From positions 400,954,001-401,018,000 of the forward strand of contig OZ024740.1 in NCBI GenBank assembly GCA_964016885.1: DNA of 64,000 nt, read 5' to 3'. Under the pieces are notes generated by a model. That model saw only the letters and a program-made list of their open reading frames with translations. It was not told the origin of the DNA and ran no database searches. Made by a program: the position numbers and the translations under genes. Shown in pieces: positions 44,673 through 57,669 of this stretch (positions are counted from its first letter, which is position 1; every line of letters starts with the position of its first letter). The DNA is from Eledone cirrhosa (lineage: Eukaryota).

Positions 44673-44880
44673 ATATATATATATATGTATATATATGTAT
44701 ATGTATGTGTATATGTATGTGTATGTATATATGTGTGTGTATATGTGCGTTATATGTCTGTATATATATGTGTATATTTATGTATAGGTCTGTGTATGTA
44801 TGTGTATGTTTGTGTATGTATGGATATATATATATATGTATTTGTATGTGTGTGTATAGAGATATATATATATATATATA

Positions 44881-44923
<43 letters not shown>

Positions 44924-45084
44924 ATGTATATGTATATATATGTGTATGTATATGTATATATATATGTGTGTGTATGTGTGTGTGTATAGATATTTATACA
45001 TATGTATACTCGTGTTTGTATGTATGCGTGTGAGTCTATTTATTTGTGTATATATGTGTGTGTGTGTGTATGTATGTGTATGTA

Positions 45085-45163
<79 letters not shown>

Positions 45164-45188
45164 GTATATATATGTGTGTGTGTGTGTA

Positions 45189-45221
<33 letters not shown>

Positions 45222-45244
45222 GTAGATGTGTTTGTATATATATG

Positions 45245-45320
<76 letters not shown>

Positions 45321-45590
45321 TATGTATATGTGTATATGTATTTTATATATGTATGTATGTATGTATGTGTGTATGTATGTGTGTGTACATGAATATATAT
45401 TATTATATATATTTATATATTTTTTATATATGTGTGTGTGTTTTTATGTGTGTATATGTGTTTGTGTGTGTGTTTATGGTTGCGCGTAAGTGTGTGAGTG
45501 AGTATGTGTGTTTTTTTGTTTTTTATGTGTGTTTTTTTGTTTTTCTGTTTTTTTGTTTTTTTGTTTTTTTGTTTTTTTGTGAATGTGTCT
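43100..45590. repeat. About 2.5 kb (TA)/(TG)/(TATG) mosaic microsatellite
   Basis: Direct reading; explains all long ORFs in this region. Confidence 0.95.
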
Positions 45591-46044
45591 GTTGATTTTG
45601 GCATATTGTTGATTAGTTTAAGAGAAGTTCGAAGATAATAGTAAGATATGCACTCAGTATTTTGAATCTGTCTGCAGAATTCCCTAGACCTTTGTCACTT
45701 AGTAGAACCTTAATGACTTTAGCTTTTAAAGAATCTCCCTCTTCTTTAATTCTATCGAGCTTGACTGACCCCCCACTGATTTTATAGACATCTGTTAGCT
45801 TAAGAGAAACTTATTGACAAGGAATGGTATGCCATCCGGAACCTGTTTATAGAATTCTGTCTGCCTTTGTTACTCTAAAAACATAAATAAATATAAATAA
45901 AAATAAAAATTAACTATAGCTTTGTAGAATTAGCTTTTAATGAATTCCCTTTTCTATCAACCAATGACCTGCACCCATCCAACTCCCCACCCTCTCCTAC
46001 CACTTGTAGAGACCTATAAATACCATATTTATTTTTTGATACCC

Positions 46045-46095
46045 AGATTCCTGATGATTTCTAATGAATGAAACAGTTCTAGTCCTGTAGAATCT
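46045..46095 (+). ncRNA. Type I hammerhead ribozyme, intact core
   Basis: Stem I AGATTC/GAATCT; CTGATGA; stem II TTC/GAA; GAAA; stem III CAG/CTG; GUA cleavage triplet at 46087-46089. Confidence 0.82.
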
Positions 46096-46366
46096 CATCT
46101 ATATTAAAACTATATATATATATATATATATATTGAGATATATATATATATATATATATTGATGTTTCGACAGTTAATTTCAGACGCATCTGTAATCAGG
46201 CGTCATGGAGATGGCAACAGCTCAGACATCGGACTCCGACTATTTCTAATGTAGTCACACTTTGCTATCCTAAGTATCGATTTCTTTGTTGAATAATGGT
46301 CTTTCTATTTTAATACTGGTGAAATCCTTGTGTGTGGGGGGGGGGGGGTGTATGTGTGTGTGTGTA

Positions 46367-46506
<140 letters not shown>

Positions 46507-46659
46507 CGTGTGTGCGTGTGTATCAGTATATATGCCTGTATGTATGTTAAAAGTAAACAAAAATACCAAAATGAAAAAATGTATTAGTTTAACGCTTGAA
46601 ATAAAGGGAAGGAATCTTAAAGTTTTGAACAATAGTCATTCTTCAGCAGATAGAATGGG

Positions 46660-47913
46660 TGATTAATTTCGACGACTCTATTTGGATTAAAAAATCAAAT
46701 AGTACCCCATTCGACGTGAGTATGGGCGCCAGTGATTCTGCGGAGGTTACTGATTCTTATCGGCCTTTTCCTTCTTTTCTCTATCAAGGACGAAGTCCCC
46801 AACGCGGGCGGTAGTTTGTACCGTGACGATGGTCTTTTGACCATGACCAAGTGCGGACCTCGTGCTTGCGACAGGTTCAGAAAAGAACTCACAGCCTTCT
46901 TTAAAGGCTTCAACCTCTCTATACAGGTTGAGGCCAATCTCTCGGTCGTTAATTACCTTGACGTTACCCTCAATTTATTGAATGGGTTGTATTACCCGTA
47001 TAGAAAGCCGAATGATACGCTTAATTACATAAGTAAGCATTCCAACCATCTTGCCAGCATAACCAAGAACCTGGTAAGAAACGTTTCATTGAGGCTTTCC
47101 CGTCTTTCCACCAACGAGCGTATTTTCAACGACCATTCCACATATTACAATGAAGCTCTTGCTCGAAGTGGATTTGTCGATAAGGTAGCATATACAGAGT
47201 ACGAAAATAGACCTAGAAGAAATAGATCCCGTCGCATTTGTTGGTATAACCCACCATATAATATGGAGGTGGCCACACCGTTAGCTAAGATCTTTCTTTC
47301 CCTTATTACGAAGCATTTTCCCCCTACACATAAATATAGTAAAATTTTTAATAGAAATACTATTAAAATTTCTTACTCTATAACTCCAAACCTTGCACAT
47401 AATATCACAGCTTCAAATCTAGCTAAGCTACCTAGCCGTAGGAACATGTGCAACCCTGTAGCTAGTACTAACTGTAATTGTAGGAATCGGGTTGATTGCC
47501 CCCTATCCGGGAAATGCCTCTCTAGTAACATTGTCTACAAATGAAAGGTTGTAACACCCACGTCCCGTAGGGCCTACATAGGGTTAACCGCCAATAGATT
47601 CCAGCAGCGTCTTTACACGCATACCCATTCTTTTCGTTACCCTCTAAGAAGGTATATGACGTCACTTTCAGCTTATATGTGGAGTCTAAAAGACAACCAC
47701 ACCCAATATAAGTTACACTGGGAGATCCTAGCTAGGGCTAGATCGTATAACGGAAATAAAAGACCATGTGACCTCTGCGCCGCTGAGGCCCTGGAAATAC
47801 TCTACGCCACAGACCACATCTTAAACAAAAAATCTGAGGCAATTCCGGCTTGTAAACATAAATTGCACAAAACTTTCCTGTATTACAGCCCCACGTTATA
47901 CCCTAACGGATAG
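46660..47913 (+). pseudogene. Penelope RT (C-half) plus Cys-rich linker plus GIY-YIG endonuclease
   Basis: FDVSMGASDSAE, YRDDGL, VNYLDVTLNL, PYRKPN, WYNPPY, CNCRNRVDCPLSGKC, IVYK*KV..YIGLT, CDLC..E, LNKKSE; +1 frameshift near 46755 and TGA at 47542. Confidence 0.9.
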
Positions 47914-48504
47914 TACGATCTATACGTGGATATTTTACGTCTTGATGTGGGAGATAAGTATATGTTTTGTTTATACCATTACATATTTGCATAGGTAAGT
48001 ATATATTACCCGTATGTTTCGTGAAGGTACATATACCTTCTCGTACGTATATTTGATTGTTTATGTTATGGCGTATAATTTTTTTTTTTTTATTCTGGTA
48101 CATATGGCTTGGCTATGTGTATACGGGAGTTTTGCGTCTGTGTGAGTATGCAGGTTCGTACGTATGTAGGGTGTGTGTATATGTGTACTTCATGTTTTGG
48201 TTGACTTACGTCTCCGAACTTTCGTATATTTACATGTAGGTATGTGTGTGTGCTTGTTATATACGTATTTATTTATTTATATACGTTTATATAATTATTT
48301 ATTTATTTGTATACACGCATACACACACACATATTTATATGTGCGTGGTTTTGTATACCTATGGTAATTGTTTTGCGTATGCTTGTGTATGTACTTATTT
48401 GTTTGCGTGTATGTATTTATTTATTTCTATTACTTCTGTATTGTATTTATTTACTTTGTTCTTAACTCTGTAGCGGAGATTCATTCGGTCTCCTAGTTAG
48501 AATT

Positions 48505-48776
48505 TTAGTCTACGACTTCTGCTATACCATTTACGTGGTTTTGTCTTTGCGTGCTATTGTTCTCCACGGTCCACATATGACGTATTATCTTCGTTTTTTC
48601 GTTCATTGCCAGAGAACGTCTCTATGAACCACCTAAGAGAACATTAGTCTACGACCTCTTTTATACCATAAACGTGGTTCTGTCTTTGCGCGTAATTGTT
48701 TTTCACCGCTCCTATTAACGATGTATCTTATTCGTTTTTTCCCGTTCTTTGCCAGCGAACGTTTCTACGAACCAAA
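48505..48776. repeat. Two diverged tandem copies of a unit of about 139 bp in the PLE 3' region
   Basis: TTAGTCTACGAC..ATACCAT..ACGTGGTT.TGTCTTTGCG..TTGCCAG.GAACGT.TCTA.GAACCA occurs twice. Confidence 0.85.
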
Positions 48777-48852
48777 GTATCGTCTTCCTGTCTTCCTTCG
48801 GTTGCAACGTTTTTTGAAATATCCTCTTCTGCGTTTACAGATTGACTTTGTT

Positions 48853-48903
48853 AGTTTCAGAAGATCCCGTTAAGGGTGAAAGCAGCGATTCTTTGCTTAA
48901 ACT
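48853..48903 (+). ncRNA. Hammerhead ribozyme motif with core substitution (CAGAAGA instead of CTGAAGA)
   Basis: Stem I AGTTT/AAACT; stem II CCC/GGG; GAAA; stem III GCA/TGC; CUU triplet. Confidence 0.65.
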
Positions 48904-49010
48904 TTAATCTGTTATTTTAATAAATATTTGCTCCACGGTTATTATATATTTGATATATATTTATCCTTATCGAGTCCTCTTTGTATTTTAGTCTTGAAAT
49001 TTATTATTAT

Positions 49011-49124
<114 letters not shown>

Positions 49125-49199
49125 AAATGAAGTAATTCTGTCGGAAAAGTCCAGGAAAAAAGAGTGCTCTATGTAGGTAACAGAGCTTAATAGTTATGT

Positions 49200-51122
49200 A
49201 ATAAACAACATAAGGCAATTATTCCATTTACCCGTGGTTTCTTAAAAGCAAAAAAGTTTGCTTTCAATCATCAGAATGAAAAATTCTTCAATAATCATAA
49301 GAATTCTTTCACAGATCCAAACAAAAAATCCTCAACCTCGCTATTAAGCCTACTCTGGCACCTTAAACGAGATAATGTTAAATATTCGATGTTTTGGAAT
49401 ATTGTCTCAAAAGGGATTCCTTTTAATTCCTCATCAGAGACTTGTGATCTGTGTGTAGAGGAAATATTCTTTATATTAAAGTCCAAAAATTCCCTTAATT
49501 TAAGGAGCAATTTATTCAGTTGCTGCAGACATAGATTGAACTCAACGTTTAAATATAAATATAAATTTAAAATGTAGTATAATTAATTAAGAAATTTAGT
49601 TAATATATGAAACCTGACGATAAATCATTTGATTCCTTCACCTTTTCTTTTTAAACTTTCTTCCTAAATATAAACAAGGATATAATGAACTACTCTAAAA
49701 TGTATATGCTCCCAATGTATTAAATAAGATTTACGTAAGATAAATTTCTATACTAAATATAAGGGCATCCGTAGAATCACTGGGTCTTCTAAATCTCTTA
49801 AATAATTTTTGTTTTATTTATTTGTTTTTTGACTCTGATAGCTTCTAGTAACTTTCATTTGTCTACCCTTGCAATATCTTGTTTGAGATATAGGTAGGAT
49901 AGATTCCTATAATAAATATATGAAGCATATTGTTTTGGCTTGAGATACTCTATAGTGTGTTAAAGATATTTTAATGCTTTGATATTTCTGTATTAATATA
50001 TTGATATTTGATTATCTCTATACAAAGGCCATTTGTGTGTATTAACATGCATATAGAAGGTTTATAGAGTTTATTTATGTGTTCGTATATATATCTGTAT
50101 ATGTGCATAACGATGCTGGAAAACTCACGCAGATATTTATTTATACATATATATATATCTATATGTATGGTTCTGTGTGTATATGTTGATGTGTCGTGCA
50201 GATGTGCATAATATTAAATACATGAACGGTAATCATGTATGTGAGGACATGAATATTAATCGTATGTTTTATGTATGTATACTGTGAAATTTTTTATAAC
50301 ACAAGAAATGTATAGAAGTGATCAGGTGAAATCATTTGTATGTCTATATTATTGACTAGAGTAGACATAATTTTCTCTTTTTTCTTTTCTCGGAACGTAC
50401 ATATGCGTGTATATATATATACATATATGTATCCGTATTTTTATAAATAGGGTAATTATTGAAGGTTTTAACTCAGATTTTGGTATATTGACCTCAGAGT
50501 TTTAAACTAAACATATGGTCATTATTGAACAATGTTATTTTCTCATATTATATATCTATGTCTCATTCATGAATATTGATATTTGCATTTTTATTATTCA
50601 TTTCATATGAATTGTTAATTCAACTTAATATGACATGACGTAAAGTTGTCACTGTATCCTCTTCTCTCTATATAGTACTTCCTCTCTCTTGAGTTTCTCT
50701 ATCTGTATGATGAATTATTATCTCTCTGTTGCTTTCTTTTGCCTTTCTTATTTCTTTCTTTTTTCTTTTTCATTTCCTCCTATCTATTTATATATATCTT
50801 CCTTTTTTCTCTCTCTCCTTCTTTTTCTCTCTCCTTCTCTCTCTCCGTGTTTTCTTTCTCTCCGTTTTTTTCTTTCTCTCCGTCTTTTTTCTAACTGTGC
50901 TTAACACTATAACTAATAAAATAATTATAAACATCTCACTATCCAGACAGCTTCCAAAAATAATGGTCGCTTCTAATAGGGTACGTCAAAATTATTTATA
51001 AAACTGTTATTATATTGTATTTTATCTGACGAAGGCATGCCATATTTTAATTTGGTATCCCTGAAATATGTATAATGAAATAAATATGGTTTTATAAATA
51101 TAGTTTCCATTTATTTAATATC

Positions 51123-51125
<3 letters not shown>
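49200..51125 (+). mobile_element. Penelope-like 3' remnant (GIY-YIG tail, TG/CT-rich region, hammerhead pLTR)
   Basis: WNIVSKGIPFNSSSETCDLCVEEIFFIL..LNLRSNLFSCCRHR; hammerhead motif near 51026. Confidence 0.75.
51021..51076 (+). ncRNA. Hammerhead motif, partly degenerate
   Basis: CTGACGA-AGG(C)ATGCCA..TGGTAT(C)CCT-GAAA-TAT-GTA. Confidence 0.55.
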
Positions 51126-51160
<35 letters not shown>

Positions 51161-51514
51161 TGTAAACATTATGTTCTAAACATTCCGTGAAATCACTATA
51201 ACTATTTCAATGGCTCATAGGGAATAAACAATTCTCTCCAGTGGTGAACCACCAAACTTAAATATATATATATATATTTATACATATAGTGAAATCACTA
51301 TACATATTTCAATGGCTCATTTGCATCATCCAATTGCGATGCAAGAGAGGACGATCTCATAAAGTAACTTCGTCAGAATTACATAACAGGGTTATGTTAA
51401 AACCAAAATTATCATGGAAGAGAGGGAAACGAGAATAGGAAGTTGAAAATTGCAATTCGGCACGAGGACTGCCTGTAAATCAGAACTGTTGCAGTGTGAG
51501 AAGGGAGGCCACGG

Positions 51515-51563
<49 letters not shown>

Positions 51564-51627
51564 GGGGGCTCCCTTCTCACATTGCAACAAAAGAGAGAGA
51601 GATACAGACACGCACACATATATATGT

Positions 51628-51674
<47 letters not shown>

Positions 51675-52072
51675 TGTGTAGACCCCCTACCTATTTATAT
51701 CTATACCTACTTCATTAAACATTAAAAATATTGATGACGAAGAAAGCTTTTCTTCTAGAAGGAATTATATCGTTATCCAACAAAATTCCTCTTACACCCA
51801 TTTTTTTCTTGAAAAATACACTCCTGTATGTTTGTTTTGTTTTATTAATGTACACATCTGAGTACATACCCCTGTATACACAAACATATGCATACATATG
51901 CAGATGTATAATCATTTATAAACACAAATTGCGCTCGCTTCTACACAGTGACGCACACCCTAGCTACGTATGTGTGTGTATATATATATAGTTTATAATA
52001 ACATTGAGGTTTACATGAAAATTGTAATAAAAGAATTCATGAAACGTATGTTGTATTAAGTGTTGCGTGTTC

Positions 52073-52105
<33 letters not shown>

Positions 52106-53189
52106 AGTGTGTGTATCTGTGTGCATTGATATATGTGGCTGTGTGTGTTTGTGTGTTGGTGACCGTTTATATATATACATATGTATATATATATATCTAT
52201 ATATATATACATACATGTCTGAACCAAACATAAAGAATGAGATCGTGTGAGGATAGGGGTGAAGTAGAGGGTCGTAGTATATTTATTAAATATATTTATT
52301 TAATAACATTCGTAACCCTTAAAGACACATATAATAAATATATAAAAATCCATGGCATAAATTGAAAATACATATATGAAATACGCGTAGATGTTAACAC
52401 ACTCATGTCGAGAAGCATATATTTAAGAGAGGCATAAATGGAACCTCTACACACAAACACACAACCACACGCAAACACGCACACACACAAACACTCACAC
52501 ACACGCACACACACACATACGCACACTTACACACACACATATATATGTATATATGGACATGTACATTTATGTAAATTTATATCCATATCTATGTGTATGT
52601 GTGTTGGGATTAGGTATGTATGTATATTGGGTCTATTCGTGCTTGTCAATCCGTTATTGGTTCTCAGTTGTGCGTATTGATCAACTAACACTTAAGGTCG
52701 TATCTGTTACATAGTTCATACCAACAAAATGGGAATAACAGCACTGACGTAATTTATATTATGATATACGATTCTAAAATCAACTTTCTTCGTTGACGTA
52801 TTTTGTTTTCGTTTGCTGCCTTGTCCTTTCTTTGTTAAAATTCTTAAGTTTATTTATTAATGTGGTGCACCTCATTATCTCTTCTCTCAGATAAAGGACA
52901 AACACGGACTGAGATATGTATGTAAAACCTAATAATTTTTCTTCCCCTTTTTATTATTCGTTTAAATATGCAACATAATTACTTTATGGACATCCGCAGT
53001 TGAAAAAGCTTATAATGCTGAAACCAGTACCATGTTAAATGCGGAAATATCCACTTTATAAATAAATGTTTTGATATTATACTGAAAGAATCTCTTCAGC
53101 ATTTTCTACTGAAAATATATTTTTCCTCTTTACTATTTGTTTATATATATATATATATATATAAATATATAATAAAAACAACAACAATA

Positions 53190-53432
53190 ATAATAATAAT
53201 ATATAAGGGAACAATGAATCAGTTGCATCATATACATATATAATTACATATTACATATCTTTCACTGCTCGAGGAACGATCGATTAATGATCGAACCTGA
53301 CTCTGGAATCGGAGGCTCCTCGACTGTAGAGTCGTTCCTCGTTTGGATCGACAGTGAAACATATGTAATATGTAATTAAATATGTATATGATGCAACACT
53401 GATTCATTGTTTCCTTATATATTATTATTATT
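53190..53432. repeat. Fold-back inverted repeat, about 90 bp arms
   Basis: AACAATGAATCAG..TTGCATCATATACATAT..AATTACATATTACATAT.TTTCACTG versus CAGTGAAA.ATATGTAATATGTAATT..ATATGTATATGATGCAA..CTGATTCATTGTT. Confidence 0.85.
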
Positions 53433-53443
53433 GATACTCTGCT

Positions 53444-53631
53444 AGAGGGCGGTGAATTGGCAGTATCAGTAGAGGGTTGGACGCCATGCTTTCTAGCATA
53501 GTTACGTCCCTTTACGGTTTGAGTTCAAATCCCGTCGAGGTTAACTTTGCCTTTCATCCTTACGGGGTCGATCAAATAAAGTACCAGTAGTGTACTGGGT
53601 ATTTGCTGGCCTTGTGCCAAAAGTAGAAACA
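53444..53631 (+). mobile_element. Full-length tRNA-type SINE (Deu/Nin-like domain) with 17-bp target site duplication
   Basis: A-box-like TGGCAGTATCAG, B-box GAGTTCAAATC, GCCTTTCATCCTTACGGGGTCGAT core; ATTATTGATACTCTGCT at 53427-53443 and 53632-53648. Confidence 0.92.
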
Positions 53632-54259
53632 ATTATTGATACTCTGCTCTCCAAGAGCATCGAGTGCTTATTCGGCATAGCATCTACGGACGCAATTAAT
53701 TTGCACCTTTAATACCTATATGTGTGTGGTTGAGTTCTTCACACGTGGTTAGAATTCCTAATAGGGTTCAATGACATGCGTGTATATTATTTTATGTTTT
53801 ACGATGACCTCCCCTTCCCATTTGGGACAGTGTGAAAATTCTTTCTGAAGGACTGCTGGACTTTCAAACTAAGCGGTCCTTCTAGCATTGACGGAGACCA
53901 TCGCTGAATATTAGTATCCATGTAGTTTTTTATATTGATATTACCTGGGCATCCACTGATGAATTATAAGGGCCCACTTGCATGGATATCTATGGATTAT
54001 ATGCAAGCTTCTACATAACTTGGACATTATTCGTATGGAGAGAGAGATTTATTTAATTATGTCTCATATAAAATAATACAGCCGACTATCCACGAAATAC
54101 AATATAGTTAGCACCCCAAACGTATAATTGGGATTATACTCAGGTATATCATAATGTTTGTTGAGTGAGATGGCAATTGGTCGGATTATCGCTAAAAGCT
54201 TTCTCTGTTAATGTATTAAGTATATATATATATATAAATAAATATATATATATAAATAA

Positions 54260-54399
<140 letters not shown>

Positions 54400-54533
54400 G
54401 CGCCAGGATTTGAGACCGCTAGTGAGTGTCAGAATGGAAAGCCATATGGAAACATTGCTTCCTTGGTCCGTTCTGATTAGGTCCACCACACTCAGCAAGC
54501 GAATGACGTCTGGGATCTTATCGATCGATTAGA

Positions 54534-54564
<31 letters not shown>

Positions 54565-54621
54565 GGATGTATGTAAAATATAAACAGAAATAACAACACA
54601 ACCTGTGCAGTATGTGGAAGG

Positions 54622-54736
<115 letters not shown>

Positions 54737-54879
54737 TACGAACTTTCTCAGATGCTACTGTCTCCTTAAATGCATGGTGCTAGACGATTGCCACAATGAA
54801 ACTGATGAGGTGTTAGGCGAGACAAAGAGAACCTCGACTTAAACATCCTGGAACAAAAACAGGAAATATATAACAATTA

Positions 54880-55100
54880 ATAATGGCAAAGTTCTGCCAC
54901 ACCTTCTGGAACAAATACTGTAATAGTTTCTGCTGTGTTTCTATTTATATATCCTGCCGAGATATGAAAATCGAGTTTTTATACATGCTCTTAAGAAGCA
55001 CCTGAACATTCACTGTTTGAAATCCCAGAGAAACCTTCCTCTCAGCAAATAATGCAAGTCGATGCTGTTATGGCAAACTCATTCATCCAACGAAAAGCAA
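54880..55100 (-). mobile_element. Mariner transposase N-terminal relic
   Basis: Minus strand FRWMNEF..NSENVQV.. resembles the mariner HTH region; heavily frameshifted. Confidence 0.35.
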
Positions 55101-55346
55101 ATATAGAAGACGGTAAAGTAGAACAAAATTAATGGCACCAGCATGGTCATTGCTCGTGGATGGTTACAGCTAAAAAGTATGCACACCCACGTACACACAA
55201 ATACACACTTATATGTACATGAACACACAAACACGCAGAAATATATAGGTATAACTATATATGTTTACATATATATGTGTGTCTGTGTGTGTCTGTATGT
55301 ATATATATATATATAATAATATACATATATATATATATTAATATAC

Positions 55347-55411
<65 letters not shown>

Positions 55412-56589
55412 AATATACATATACATGCGTACATTCATATATATATATAAATAAATGAATATATATAAATGAATATATATATATATATATTATATACATA
55501 TATATATTATATACATATATATATAAATATACATATGTATGCGTACATTCATATATATATATGTATATATATATAAATATATATATATATACATAGGCAT
55601 ATATTAGTGTCTGTGTGTGTATGTGTACGCGTGTGTGTGAGAATATGTGATTTGAGAGTGTGTTACAACTTGCATACATATGTAGTTAAACAAACAACAT
55701 AGGAAACTGAAATGAGCAGACGATTTTTCTATTTTCATTTGAAACCTACAGAAAAAACAACATCTGATTTCTTCTCTCCCCCTCTCACTTCCTCCCTTGG
55801 GACGGCGGGAAGTTGTTTCAGGAAAACATTAATACTTTGAACGTAATATTAAGTTTAATACTGGGTTTCGGAATCTAAAATATGAAGAAGGAAAGATAAA
55901 AGTTTAGTGCGAATTACAGAAAGAAAGACAGAAATATATATATCCTTTATTGGATGTTTATATTGCTTAACTATGGTTCAACCGTTAACATTTCATTTCC
56001 CGCCCCTCTTTTCCATTTGTTACAGATTTTCACCCTCCCCTGTTTGGTCGCTTGTGCTATGAAATATTTCGTGAAGCGCATGTGGAAAACTTGTTGAGAT
56101 TTTCTTGCTGGGTTAGCAATAAACACCATCAATTACCAATTCCCCGAAGAAAGGGCAGTTAGTTTTTCTTCTTATTTTCTAACTCAATGCACTTATGCCA
56201 CAACAAACGATTTTAAGTCAGGGCGGTGCAGTTGTACAAATTATTTTAACACAAATATAAACATTATTACAAATATATTACACAATCATGCAGAATCATA
56301 TATGTATACACAAGATCGTACAGATATAGATAAATGCATACATACACTCATGCACAGATGTAAATATATGTATGTATGCATGCATGTATGTAAATATATA
56401 TATATATATGATACACACACATACATATAGATATATGTACATATATATTTATACATACATAAACATGAACATACAGAGTTACCTATAACCTAACTCATTA
56501 CATTTCATCTAATTACATATTGGTATACATTATCAAACAGACCCCTCACCCATATATATTTATATACATACATACACACAAACCCACAC

Positions 56590-57028
<439 letters not shown>

Positions 57029-57669
57029 TAAAGGAAAAGGAAAAAGAAAAGGAAGAGAGCACAAGCACGGACCTGAAAGAAAATGATATACCCTCCGCCA
57101 GAGGCAGGGAGGGCAGGCCGGGCAACCAACAAGCAAAGGGCAAAGGTGAAAAGCGAAATCACCTTCCGAAGGAGAACCAAGCGCAGAGGGACCAGTGGAC
57201 AACTGTTCAAAGGAAGAACAGAAAGCACCGAGACACTGGGAGCAAAAAACACCAAGTAATGTGCAAGTTTTTCAAGAACGAGACATGCTGGCATGGAGAG
57301 ACAGGGATGGGATGCAGATTCGCCCACCCTAGGTCTCAAACGACCTATGCCCATCATACTCGCGCAACATGCCCCAGCCAAAGCCGAAATAAGCCGCTGC
57401 AGAAGTATGCTGATGTCGCGCGTGCCGCACCAACAAGGAGAAGGCACGCACATGCCGACGAGATACAGATGGCAGCAGCAGATCAGAAAAATTTTTTAGT
57501 GATAGCAGAGCTGACCTGGCTGCATCGTCTCCAGAGCCAGGGTCATCCACACCAGCACTCGAGACCACCACAGTTAAGGGACCTAGAGTGGCCGCCGCTG
57601 ACACCAGACCAGGTGTCATACCGACAGCCATTACTGGCACCCCAAAAGTTACACCAGTGCTGCTGCTGA
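57029..57669 (+). pseudogene. CR1 ORF1 C-terminal part with a CCCH-type zinc finger
   Basis: WTTVQRK motif and [23 protein letters not shown]. Confidence 0.65.

Larger units (their letters stand above)
42537..46110 (+). mobile_element. 5'-truncated Penelope-like element: inverted pLTR, GIY-YIG tail, microsatellite-filled 3' region, hammerhead pLTR
   Basis: TTLASYVWDLK / FTLNWKILQKARSYNGGHKGCDLCISE..LLNKLSE..CMHK; 82-bp inverted identity between 42605-42686 and 46029-46110; (TA)n flanks. Confidence 0.85.

Noticed and set aside
43053-45595. Long ORFs (up to 391 aa) of YIYI/CVCV type here and throughout the window
   Set aside because: They are translations of (TA)n/(TG)n microsatellites that happen to lack stop codons; not genes.
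46610-46655. Minus-strand hammerhead CTGAAGA..AAAAC upstream of the Penelope ORF
   Set aside because: GAAA is mutated and the stems are weak; it may be a relic but cannot be supported.
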